This document shows, one piece after another, positions 38,546 to 47,049 of a stretch of DNA of 64,000 bases. How positions within the stretch are numbered: position 1 is the first letter of the stretch; each line of letters starts with the position of its first letter. The notes beneath the pieces were generated by a model. That model made no database searches. It was not told the origin of the DNA and worked only from the letters and a program-made list of their open reading frames with translations. The stretch is from an uncultured Chloroflexia bacterium (GTDB lineage Bacteria > Chloroflexota > Limnocylindria > Limnocylindrales > CSP1-4). The DNA is taken from assembly GCA_963729175.1 (NCBI GenBank), contig CAVSMY010000009.1, positions 82,529 to 146,528 on the forward strand, given 5' to 3'. A program made the position numbers and the translations under genes.

Positions 38546-41185
38546 GTGGAGCGCTGGGAAGCAGGCATCCGGGGGATACTGCTGGCTTCCGGCCGGCCGA
38601 AGAGGCAGAGCGTTCCTGTGAGACTCGACCGCGAACGGGTCCTGGCATACGCCCTGGCCCTGGTCGCACCGATCGTCGCCGTCATCGTGAAGTCCCAGCT
38701 GGATGCCGCCGTCGGCGCCGATCTCGGCTATGTCGTGAGCTTCGCGGCGATCATCGTCGTGGCCCTCGTCGGCGGGCTCGGGCCGGGCATCGTGGCGACG
38801 GTCACGGCGGCGATCCTCGAGACGGCCCTGTTCGCCCGTCAGAGTGTCCCCGACGGTGGCCTCTCGGCGGTCCAGGAGGCACGGTTCTTCCTCTTCGTCC
38901 TCGACGGCGTCCTGCTCAGCTGGCTCGCCGAGATCGCCCGCCGGGGACGCCGGTCGTCCGATGCCGCGCGTACCGAAGCGGAGACCCAGCGGCGGTCGGC
39001 CGAGGAGGCCATCACGAGCCTCGAATCGCTCCAGGACCTCACCGCGCGCCTTGCTCGCGCCGCGACGACGGTCGAGGTCGCCGCTGCCGTCCTCGAGCAC
39101 GCCCGCCACAGTCTTCAGCCGGCGGGCGGTGCGGTCTACGTGCTGGCGCCCGATGGCAACAGCCTCCGGACGATCGACAGCCTGGGCTACGACCTGACGG
39201 ACATCGCCCGCTGGCGTCGCATCCCGCTCGATACGCCCGTCCCGGCGGTCCGGGTCGTCCGTGACGGCAGCCCGATCTACGGGACGGCCGAAGACCGCTA
39301 CCGCCGGCGGTTCCCGCACGCCCAGGCCGACGTCGAGCCGACGGTCGGCTCGCTCGCGATCCTGCCCCTCCGGATCGGCGGCATGGTCAGCGGGGCCGTC
39401 GGCTGGTGGTGGCTGGAGCCCGCTGCCATCGGACCGGCGGTGCGGGAGCGGCTCGCGACGATCGCCTCGCTGACGAGCCAGGCGCTCGACCGTGCCCGAG
39501 CATTCGAGGCGGAGCAGGAGGCGCGCGAGAGCGCCGAGCGCGCCCGCGAGCGGACGGAAGGCGCCCGGCGTCGGACGGCGGTCCTCGCTGAGGCCGGACG
39601 CGCTCTGGGGCTGTCGCTCGAGTACGAGGCGACGGTCCAGCAGATCGCCCGGCTCGCCCTGCCGACCCTTGGGGATCACTGCATCGTCGATATCGTCGGC
39701 CCGGTGCCCGAGCGCCTGGTCGCGGCCCTCGACCCAGCCGAGCAGGCGGATGTCGAGATCGTCCGGCGCCATCCCGTGGACGCCACCTCCGATAACCCGA
39801 TCGCCGCGGTCATCCGTGATCCGCGGCCACTGCGGATCGACCTCGACGACCGGGTCCTCCAGGTGGTCGCACAGGACGAGCAGCACCTCGCGGCACTCCG
39901 GCGGTTCTCCCTCGGACGTGCCCTGGTCGTCCCGCTGCTCGGGCACGGCGGGCCGATGGGAGCCATGTTGTTCGGGACCCGCGACCTGGCTCGCCTCTAT
40001 GACGACGAGGATGTCGTGATGGCCCAGGCGCTCGCCCAGCGCGTCGCTCGGGCGATCGAGAACGTCCGTCTCCACCTCGAGGTCCGGCGTCTCGCGGAGC
40101 AGGAGCGGGATCGGGTCTTCGAGCTCGAATCGGTCATCGCGTCGCTCGGTGAAGGGATCGTCGTCATCGACCGCGACGGCTCGGTCCGATCGATCAACGC
40201 CGCCGCGCTGCGGCTCCTGGACGGGCCGGTCGCTGACGCCGCTGGGCTGCGCGAGCGGGTCGGGGGTGGCCTCGTCATCGGGTCCGACGCGAACGGCCAC
40301 ACCGGTCCGAGTGAGCACCTGGTCAGCGGCACCGATGCCCGCTGGGTCGAGATCACGACGTATCCGATCGGGAGACCCGAGACAGCGCCGGCGTATGTCT
40401 GCGTCGTCCGGGACGTCACGGCGTTCCGCCAGGGGCAGAGCCTGCGGGAGGCATTCCTCAGCCTCCTGTCGCATGAGCTGCGAACGCCTGTCACGACGAT
40501 CTACGGCGGCGCGTCGGTCCTTGGTCGTCCCAAGGGGGCGCTCGCCGACGATGTCCGCCAGGAGATCCTCGCCGACGTCGCGGCCGAGGCGGACCGCCTG
40601 TATCGGCTGGTCGAGGACCTGCTCGTCCTCGCCCGGTTCGACGAGGGCATCTCGCTCGGCGAGGAGCCGAACCTGCTCCAGCGATTGGTCCCGCCTGTCG
40701 TCGCCCAGGAGCAGGACCGCTGGCCGCACGTCCGATTCGAGGTGATCGCCGACCCCGACGTCCCGACCGTCAGCGGCGATGAGACCGCCATCGTCCAGGT
40801 CGTCCGGAATCTCGTGGCGAACGCGGCGAAGTACAGTCCGGCCGGCACGCGCGTCGAGGTCCGCCTCGAGACCGCCGGCGGCGGCGCGCGGGTCCGGGTC
40901 CTCGACGAGGGTTCGGGTATCCGCGAGCAGGAGGCAGACCACCTGTTCGACCCGTTCTATCGGTCACCCGCGACGGCGGCGATGGCGAGCGGGGCCGGGA
41001 TCGGGCTGTATGTCTGCCGCCGTCTCGTGGACGCGATGGGTGGTCGGATCTGGGGGATGCCGCGGGCCGGGATCGGGAGCGAGTTCGGCTTCGAGCTGCC
41101 GGTCTATCAGATCGTGGGTGACGACGACGAGATCCATGACGCCGCGCCGCCGCTGCTCGTGACCGGTCACGGCGCCGACGGCTGA
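38546..41185 (+). CDS. Sensor histidine kinase: DUF4118 membrane module, GAF-like domains, PAS, HisKA, HATPase_c
   Basis: 879-aa ORF; alternative GTG at 18 codons... specifically at 38618. The DUF4118-like part is LAYALALVAPIVAVIV ... FFLFVLDGVLLSWLAEIARRGRR. The H-box is LSHELRTPVTTIYGG and the N box is VVRNLVANAAKYS. G boxes are VLDEGSGI and GAGIGLYVCRRLV. Confidence 0.9.
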   Translation: MERWEAGIRGILLASGRPKRQSVPVRLDRERVLAYALALVAPIVAVIVKSQLDAAVGADLGYVVSFAAIIVVALVGGLGPGIVATVTAAILETALFARQSVPDGGLSAVQEARFFLFVLDGVLLSWLAEIARRGRRSSDAARTEAETQRRSAEEAITSLESLQDLTARLARAATTVEVAAAVLEHARHSLQPAGGAVYVLAPDGNSLRTIDSLGYDLTDIARWRRIPLDTPVPAVRVVRDGSPIYGTAEDRYRRRFPHAQADVEPTVGSLAILPLRIGGMVSGAVGWWWLEPAAIGPAVRERLATIASLTSQALDRARAFEAEQEARESAERARERTEGARRRTAVLAEAGRALGLSLEYEATVQQIARLALPTLGDHCIVDIVGPVPERLVAALDPAEQADVEIVRRHPVDATSDNPIAAVIRDPRPLRIDLDDRVLQVVAQDEQHLAALRRFSLGRALVVPLLGHGGPMGAMLFGTRDLARLYDDEDVVMAQALAQRVARAIENVRLHLEVRRLAEQERDRVFELESVIASLGEGIVVIDRDGSVRSINAAALRLLDGPVADAAGLRERVGGGLVIGSDANGHTGPSEHLVSGTDARWVEITTYPIGRPETAPAYVCVVRDVTAFRQGQSLREAFLSLLSHELRTPVTTIYGGASVLGRPKGALADDVRQEILADVAAEADRLYRLVEDLLVLARFDEGISLGEEPNLLQRLVPPVVAQEQDRWPHVRFEVIADPDVPTVSGDETAIVQVVRNLVANAAKYSPAGTRVEVRLETAGGGARVRVLDEGSGIREQEADHLFDPFYRSPATAAMASGAGIGLYVCRRLVDAMGGRIWGMPRAGIGSEFGFELPVYQIVGDDDEIHDAAPPLLVTGHGADG

Positions 41186-41364
41186 GCCGGGGCCGGAGGC
41201 TGGGCCGCGGGGGACGATCCGGGGTGGACCCGCGCACCGCCCCTGACACGACCCTGCAACGAGACGGCATCCGACCGACAGAGCGGCTGATTCGCCGTCC
41301 TCCGTACCGTCGGACGGACGGGGCCGACATCGTCGGTCCATTCCCGCGAACGAGGTGATCACAC

Positions 41365-41547
41365 ATGATCCGACGTCTCGTCATCATCCTCGGGCTCGTC
41401 GCCGCCGCGGTGGCAGCGTGCTCGTCCGGGTCGACCCCGGCCCCGAGCTCCCCCGCTACCAGCGCGTCACCGGCAGCCTCGCCGTCGGCTGATGCCTCGC
41501 CGTCGGCTGATGTCTCGCCGTCGGCTGATGCCTCGTCCTCTCCGTAG
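41365..41547 (+). CDS. 60-aa putative lipoprotein made of a signal peptide plus a Pro/Ala/Ser repeat tail
   Basis: MIRRLVIILGLVAAAVAAC has a lipobox-like VAAC. It is followed by SSGSTPAPSSPATSASPAA and 3x SPSAD(A/V). Two hairpins follow the stop. Confidence 0.6.
   Translation: MIRRLVIILGLVAAAVAACSSGSTPAPSSPATSASPAASPSADASPSADVSPSADASSSP
41476..41529 (+). repeat. In-frame 18-bp tandem repeat x3 (plus a partial fourth)
   Basis: GCCTCGCCGTCGGCTGAT / GCCTCGCCGTCGGCTGAT / GTCTCGCCGTCGGCTGAT, encoding ASPSAD x3. Confidence 0.85.
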
Positions 41548-41553
41548 GTGAAC

Positions 41554-41617
41554 GAGCGGGGCCCCACCCCGCTCGCTTCTCATGGCAGACGCCGGCCCTT
41601 GGCCCGAGGGCCGGCGT
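41554..41617 (+). terminator. Two consecutive GC-rich hairpins downstream of the small lipoprotein gene
   Basis: GAGCGGGG-cccca-CCCCGCTC (41554-41574) and ACGCCGGCCC-ttggcccga-GGGCCGGCGT (41589-41617). The T tracts are weak. Confidence 0.5.
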
Positions 41618-41812
41618 TCGCCATCTCGATCGTCGGGGTCGTCCGGGGACATGCGCTACGCGGGCTGGCATGCGGCTGCAACCGGTCGTCGGCACCGGGC
41701 GGCGCGACCGCAGCCCCCTGTCCGGCATCGTCCGGGTGACGATCGGAGGTGGCATGGCAGCACGGAGCGACTGCCTCCTCTGGTCGTCGCTGGATCGCTG
41801 AGGTGCTATGCC

Positions 41813-42217
41813 ATGAGGGTCTACCTGGACCCGAGCCTCCTGACGGTCGGCTCGACGGGCCCGAATGGACCGCTCGCGCCCGGAGTCGAGGAGGCGATCG
41901 CGAACCTCGCCGAGGCCGGCCATGAGGTCGTCGTGCTCGGATCCGTTCCCGCCGGCGTCCACGAGGCGCGGCCCGCTGCAACGATCCCGGATCGTGGCGC
42001 CGATGGAGGATCGGCGGACGGTGGATGGTCGGCCGACGGGTGGCTCGTGACGACGGATCGGGCCGCCTGTGAGAGTCGTCGGCGGCGTGGCTTGCGGACC
42101 GTCCTCGTCGGACCCCACGAGGCCGACCCGACCCTGCCGACCGTCCGGTGCGACGAATTGGCGCGCGATCTGCATGGCGCGGTCCTCGTCATCCTCGCCG
42201 CCGAGGCGATGGGCTGA
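41813..42217 (+). CDS. Hypothetical protein (134 aa); HAD-like topology but no DxD nucleophile motif
   Basis: ATG at 41813, in frame with ORF 41582..42217. MRVYLDPSLLTV ... EEAIANLAEAGHEVVVLG ... GLRTVLVG. Upstream of this ATG the ORF is Arg-rich junk. Confidence 0.55.
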   Translation: MRVYLDPSLLTVGSTGPNGPLAPGVEEAIANLAEAGHEVVVLGSVPAGVHEARPAATIPDRGADGGSADGGWSADGWLVTTDRAACESRRRRGLRTVLVGPHEADPTLPTVRCDELARDLHGAVLVILAAEAMG

Positions 42218-42406
42218 CGCTGCGAAGTCCGGCGCCACCCGCGGCGACCTTTTGTCACGTCATTGCAAGGCCCTGACGATCCGGACAGGCGCCCCGGACA
42301 TGATCGCCACGGCACCATTCGGTGGTCGGTCGTCCCCCCCTCCCTCGACGCGACCGGCCCCCCGGCGGCTCAGCCCGGGTGGCTCCCGGGCCATCATCCG
42401 CCGACA

Positions 42407-42437
42407 CGAACGACCCGCCCCCACGGCGGGTCGTTCG
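42407..42437. terminator. 13-bp perfect hairpin between convergent genes
   Basis: CGAACGACCCGCC-cccac-GGCGGGTCGTTCG. It lies about 70 nt beyond the topoisomerase IB stop (42507) and about 190 nt beyond the 42217 stop. Confidence 0.45.
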
Positions 42438-42506
42438 TTCGTGTCGAGGGGATCGCCCCCGGATCGTCATCTCGGGCGCATCACGGTTCCGGTCTCTCGC
42501 GATCCA

Positions 42507-43604
42507 TCAGGCGGCAGTCCTGGCCCGGTGTCGAGGAAGACGGTCGCGCGACCGTCCGATCCCGTTCCGGCGACGGCGTCGAAGCAGCCGCACGAGCGCG
42601 GCTTCTTCGGCCGGCGTGCTGAGCGATGGCGGCGGCGCGCCGTCGTCGACTGCACGGAGGAGCGCTCGGACGAGCGACCCCTCGACATAGGCCTCGACGA
42701 CCGCCGGATGGACGTAGCTCGTCCGGCAGACCGCCGGCGTATTGCCGAGCCGCTCGGCGACGTCGGCGATGACGCCCGCGATCGCATGCGCCCCATCTCG
42801 CCCCGCGAGCGGCTCGAGAGCGCACAGGGCCCGGAATGCGAGCAGCGTCCCTGCCCAGGTCCGGAACTCCTTCGCCGTGAAGTCGTCACCGGTCGCCTCT
42901 CGCAGATACGCGTTGACATCTTCCGACGTCACGCCGGTCACGGATCCGTTCTCGGCCTCGTACTGGAAGAGCTCCTGGCCGGGGAGCTCCTGGCAGCGAG
43001 CGACCAGCCGGGCGAGGCGTCGGTCGTGGATCGTGACCGCGTGCTGGCGGGCGCTCTTGCCGCGGAAACGGAAGCGGACGACGGCGCCCTCGACCCGGGC
43101 ATGGCGGTCGAGCAGGGTCGTCAGGCCGAACGATCGATTGAGCCGGGCGTATTCGTCGTTGCCCACCCGGATCAGGGTCAGCTCGAGCAACCGGACGACG
43201 AGGGCCAGGACTTTTTCGCGCGGCAGGTCGCGGCGGGCGAGGTCGCGGTCCACCCGTCGCCGGATCCTCGGCAGGGCCACGCCGAAGTCGGCGAGCCGGT
43301 CGAACTTCGTCTCATCGCGATGGAGCCGCCAGGCCGGGTGGTAGCGGTACTGCTTGCGCCCACGCGCGTCACGCCCGGTCGCCTGCAGATGCCCGGACGG
43401 GTCTGTCGAGATCCAGACATCGGACCACGCGGGCGGCACGGCCAGAGCCCGGATCCGGGCGAGAGTCGCTGGGTCGCGGACCGGCTCACCGCCGGGTCGA
43501 TGGTAGGACAGGCCCCGGCCGGCACGTCGACGGCGGATCCCGGGCCGAGCATCGGTCGTGTAGCGCAGCCCGGCCTCGTGTGCCTCGTCGAGTTCGTTCG
43601 GCAT
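42507..43604 (-). CDS. DNA topoisomerase IB (poxvirus-like bacterial type)
   Basis: 365 aa. GLRYTTDARPGIRRRRAGRGLSY ... PPAWSDVWIS ... HLQATGRDARGRKQYRYH ... RVGNDEYA ... FRFRGKS ... TAKEFRTWAGT ... CRTSYVHP (catalytic Tyr region). Confidence 0.9.
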   Translation of the reverse strand: MPNELDEAHEAGLRYTTDARPGIRRRRAGRGLSYHRPGGEPVRDPATLARIRALAVPPAWSDVWISTDPSGHLQATGRDARGRKQYRYHPAWRLHRDETKFDRLADFGVALPRIRRRVDRDLARRDLPREKVLALVVRLLELTLIRVGNDEYARLNRSFGLTTLLDRHARVEGAVVRFRFRGKSARQHAVTIHDRRLARLVARCQELPGQELFQYEAENGSVTGVTSEDVNAYLREATGDDFTAKEFRTWAGTLLAFRALCALEPLAGRDGAHAIAGVIADVAERLGNTPAVCRTSYVHPAVVEAYVEGSLVRALLRAVDDGAPPPSLSTPAEEAALVRLLRRRRRNGIGRSRDRLPRHRARTAA

Positions 43605-43793
43605 GCGGCGAGGGTGAAACCGCCGATATCACGTCGGCGCATCCCGACCAGTGATCGGCACTGCAGGCGTCTCGCAGGCTGCGATGCCGCTGTCGCGCCA
43701 CGACGAAGCGGACCGATGCGGCGATGAGGCGGATGGAGGGAACGTAGCTGCGGGCCGCTCCAGGCCCGACCCAACCGAACCGAGAGTGCCACC

Positions 43794-44972
43794 GTGACAT
43801 CGAGTGCGACGTCGGGTCAGACCCCGGGGGCCGAGCCCCTCCCGGCGGATCAGCCCGAGCACACCGAGAACCCGCAGGACCAGATCCCGCAGGACCAGAT
43901 CCCGCACGACCAGATCCCGCAGGCCGTCGGACCGCCGGCCACACCGCCGTCGACGCCGCAGGCCCGGCAGGCCCCGCCGTCCGCGCCGCCGGCCAGTGCG
44001 CTCCTGGACCACGTCTCGAAGCGCTTCGGCGACGTCCAGGCCGTGGACGACCTGAGCCTGACGGTCGATCGCGGGACCCTCATGGGCGTCATCGGGCCGT
44101 CCGGATCGGGCAAGACCACGATGATCCGGATCCTGACGGGGGCGATCCCGCCCGATGCGGGATCCGTCCGCGTCCTGGGCCAGGACCCGACCCGACTGCG
44201 CCGGGCGGTGCGCGAGCGGATCGGTTACATGCCGCAGTCGTTCACCCTGTACCCGGACCTCACCGCGCGCGAGAACGTCGACTTCGTCGCAAGCCTCTTC
44301 GGGCTGCTGCCATTCCGTCGCTGGCGGCGGACCCGGGAGGCGCTGCTGCTCGTCGACCTGTGGTCGGCGCGGGGCACCCGGGCCGCCGATCTGTCCGGCG
44401 GGATGCAGCGTCGACTCGAGCTCGCCTGCGCCCTCGTCCACGAGCCCGAGCTCCTGTTCCTCGACGAGCCGACGGCCGGGATCGACCCGCTCCTCCGAGC
44501 GACCGTCTGGGAGGAGCTCCATCGCCTCCGCGACGCCGGCCGGACACTCCTCGTCACGACCCAATACGTGACCGAGGCGGCGGAGTGCGATCGGGTGGTG
44601 CTGATCGCCGATGGTCGAGTCATCGCCGATGGGACACCCGACGAGCTCCGGCGGCGAGCCGCCGACGGCGAGGTCCTGGAGCTCGAGACCCGAGGACCGG
44701 TCGATCCAGCGCTGCTCGAGGAGACGCCGGGAGTGGGTTCTGTCCACTCGACGGGCTTCCGATCGCTCCGGCTCCAGGTCGCGGACGCGGCCCAGTCGAC
44801 GCCGACCATCATCTCGACGATCAGCGACGCAGGCGGCGAGGTGGTCCGGGTCGAAGAGGTCCGGCCATCCTTCGACGAGGTGTTCGCCGCCCTCGTCGAG
44901 CGCGCCCGAGAGGCGGGATCGCCCCCGACAGCGGACCGCCGGACCGAAACGGCGGCGGAGTCGGCCGCGTGA
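43794..44972 (+). CDS. ABC-2-type transporter ATP-binding protein with a Pro/Gln-rich repeat N-terminal extension
   Basis: Walker A GPSGSGKTT, signature LSGGMQRRL, Walker B LLFLDEPTAGID. The roughly 65-aa N-terminal tail contains PQDQIPQDQIPHDQIPQ. Confidence 0.9.
   Translation: MTSSATSGQTPGAEPLPADQPEHTENPQDQIPQDQIPHDQIPQAVGPPATPPSTPQARQAPPSAPPASALLDHVSKRFGDVQAVDDLSLTVDRGTLMGVIGPSGSGKTTMIRILTGAIPPDAGSVRVLGQDPTRLRRAVRERIGYMPQSFTLYPDLTARENVDFVASLFGLLPFRRWRRTREALLLVDLWSARGTRAADLSGGMQRRLELACALVHEPELLFLDEPTAGIDPLLRATVWEELHRLRDAGRTLLVTTQYVTEAAECDRVVLIADGRVIADGTPDELRRRAADGEVLELETRGPVDPALLEETPGVGSVHSTGFRSLRLQVADAAQSTPTIISTISDAGGEVVRVEEVRPSFDEVFAALVERAREAGSPPTADRRTETAAESAA
43872..43923 (+). repeat. 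In-frame 15-bp tandem repeat x3.5
   Basis: CCGCAGGACCAGATC / CCGCAGGACCAGATC / CCGCACGACCAGATC / CCGCAGG. Confidence 0.85.
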
Positions 44973-46165
44973 GCCTCGTCAAGACGATCTTCCGGCTGCT
45001 CTCGATCATCGCCAAGGAGATCGTCGAGACGATCCGGCGGCCGGGCGCCGCGCTCAGCCTGGTCGTCGGGCCGTTCCTCATCCTGGCGGTCTTCGGGCTG
45101 GGCTATGACTCGGTCCGCGACCCGTTCCGGGCCGTCGTCGTCGTCCCGCCCGACTCGGCCCTGCCGACCGACGTCACCACCTGGCAGTCCGTCGACGGCG
45201 GCGACATCTCGGTCGTCGGCGTCGTCGACTCCGACGCAGCGGGCCGGCAGGCCCTCGACGCCCACCAGGCCGACCTTGTCGTGATCGCCCCGAGCGGGGC
45301 GGCACGGACGTTCCAGTCCGGTCAGCAGTCGGTGATCCGGGTGGAGTACCAGATGACCGACCCCGTGCGAGCCAGCTACGCCGGGGTCGCCGCGCGGGAG
45401 ATCTCGAACCAGGTCAACCGCGAGATCATCACCAGGGCCGTCGCCCAGGGTCAGGCGTACGCCCTGCAGGACTCGACGACGGCGACCGCCGCAATGAGCA
45501 TCCCGCCGGAGATCGTCGCGTCGCCGACGAAGGCGGAAGCTGTGAACCTGAGCCCGACGACGCCCGGGATCGTGCCGTTCTACGGGCCCGCGGCCGTCGC
45601 GCTGATCCTCCAGCAGATGGCCTTGACCCTCGTCGCCATGTCGGTGGTCAAAGACCGGACCTCGGGTGTCATCGAGCTCTTCCGGATCGCGCCCGTCTCG
45701 ACGACCGAGGTGATCCTCGGCAAGGTCGTGGCGTTCGGCGGCCTCGTGGCGATCGTCGGCCTGGGCACGATCGGCGTCCTCGTGATCGGCCTTGGCGTCC
45801 CGATGCTGGCGAGCCCGGCACAGGTCATCGCGATCGTCGCCGCGTTGATCGTCGCCTCCGTCGGCCTGGGCCTGCTCCTCGGGGTCATCTCCGATTCGGA
45901 GCGTCAGGCGGTCCAACTGACGTTCTTCGTCCTCCTGGCCTCGGTGTTCTTCGGCGGCTTCGTCCTGCCTGTCACGCAGTTCGTCCCGGTCGTCCGAGGG
46001 CTCGCCGACGTGCTGCCGGTCACCCACGCGGTGAAGCTGCTGCAGGACCTGCTGTTGACCGGGACGACCGACGCGTGGTGGCAGCTCGGGGCGCTGATCG
46101 CGATCGGGCTGGTGAGCCTGATCCTCAGCTGGGTCCTCCTGCGCCGCCGGATGTCGAAGCTGTGA
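44969..46165 (+). CDS. ABC-2 family transporter permease
   Basis: GTG at 44969 forms a GTGA overlap with the ATPase stop. It is in frame with ORF 44360..46165. There is an N-terminal TM, a large extracytoplasmic loop, and then 5 TM helices (ABC2_membrane-like: FYGPAAVALILQQMALTL ... ELFRIAPVS). Confidence 0.85.
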   Translation: MSLVKTIFRLLSIIAKEIVETIRRPGAALSLVVGPFLILAVFGLGYDSVRDPFRAVVVVPPDSALPTDVTTWQSVDGGDISVVGVVDSDAAGRQALDAHQADLVVIAPSGAARTFQSGQQSVIRVEYQMTDPVRASYAGVAAREISNQVNREIITRAVAQGQAYALQDSTTATAAMSIPPEIVASPTKAEAVNLSPTTPGIVPFYGPAAVALILQQMALTLVAMSVVKDRTSGVIELFRIAPVSTTEVILGKVVAFGGLVAIVGLGTIGVLVIGLGVPMLASPAQVIAIVAALIVASVGLGLLLGVISDSERQAVQLTFFVLLASVFFGGFVLPVTQFVPVVRGLADVLPVTHAVKLLQDLLLTGTTDAWWQLGALIAIGLVSLILSWVLLRRRMSKL

Positions 46166-47049
46166 GCCCGATCCTGGTCGTCGCCCGGGACACGTCCGCG
46201 GCCGAGCCTGGGGAGGGCTCGCTCGTCGACGCCGTCCGGGGCTGGCTGGTCCGCGCCAGCGAGTCACCGGCTGCGGCGGATGGCGACTCGTCCGCCGCCC
46301 GGACCGAGCATGCCGCCGGCCGTGCCGCGTCGGTCACCTATGCCCGCGATCCGACGCGCGCTGTCGAGGCGATCGAACGGGCCCTGACCAACGGGCTGGC
46401 CGACATCACGGTCGCGCCGGTCGGTCCGACCGTCGGCGGACCGGACACGAGTCCCGAGGACACCCTCCGGGAGCTCGACGAGGTCCGGACCCGCATCATC
46501 ACCGAGCGAGGGCCGGCCTCGCGCGCGCGCCTGACGTTCATCGAGCCCGCGGATGACGGCAGCGCCGACGTGGCGGACCTGCTCGAAGCCCTGCACGCCG
46601 CCGATACCCAGGACCCGGACATGCTCCGGGCGGCGATCGAACGTGCGTTCGACGGCGATGCCGCCCGCTTCGCCTCGTTCATGGCCACGCTCCAGGACGG
46701 GGTGCCGGACGCCACCAGACTGGCTCTGCGGGGCAGCTCGGTCTCGGGGGTCAGCCACGCGAGTGGTGAGCCGTTCGATGCGCGGGGGCCGCGCTCGAGC
46801 GATCTCGACATCGTCCTGCTCGGCGACGCCGCGATGTCGCTTTGGTCGCCCGATGCGTTCTATGTGCCCGGCGTGAACAGCCGGCCGCTCGATGATGACA
46901 ACCGCACGATCGCACCCGCCCTTGACCCGGCACGCGCGGCGGCCCAGGGCATCGCCGGGCGGCCCGTGAGTCTCCAGGCGATGGCCGGCTGGTTCCTTGA
47001 CCTGCGGGCCGTCCTGCAGGGCACGCCCTACGTCCTGCTCGATGGTTGA
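46162..47049 (+). CDS. Hypothetical two-domain protein; the C-terminal half has a polymerase-beta-type nucleotidyltransferase signature
   Basis: GTG at 46162 forms a GTGA overlap with the permease stop. LRGSSVSGVSHASGEPFDARGPRSSDLDIVLLGD fits the G-S ... D-x-D minimal nucleotidyltransferase pattern. I do not recognise the N-terminal roughly 150 aa. Confidence 0.65.
   Translation: MSPILVVARDTSAAEPGEGSLVDAVRGWLVRASESPAAADGDSSAARTEHAAGRAASVTYARDPTRAVEAIERALTNGLADITVAPVGPTVGGPDTSPEDTLRELDEVRTRIITERGPASRARLTFIEPADDGSADVADLLEALHAADTQDPDMLRAAIERAFDGDAARFASFMATLQDGVPDATRLALRGSSVSGVSHASGEPFDARGPRSSDLDIVLLGDAAMSLWSPDAFYVPGVNSRPLDDDNRTIAPALDPARAAAQGIAGRPVSLQAMAGWFLDLRAVLQGTPYVLLDG

Noticed and set aside
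37490-40942. 1150-aa ORF on the minus strand, the longest ORF in the window. Similar long ORFs lie at 9873..12158(-), 16805..18970(-), 44225..46267(-), 5316..6893(+), 48235..49950(+) and 62028..63935(+).
   Set aside because: All lie antisense to genes with strong domain signatures. They translate to Arg/Pro/Gly/Asp-rich low-complexity sequence with no recognisable motifs. These are the shadow ORFs expected in stop-poor, GC-rich DNA.
37718-41185. Naming the regulator and kinase kdpE and kdpD.
   Set aside because: No kdpFABC genes are adjacent. The kinase lacks the KdpD N-terminal (Walker/Usp) region and carries extra GAF and PAS domains. Only family-level calls are justified.
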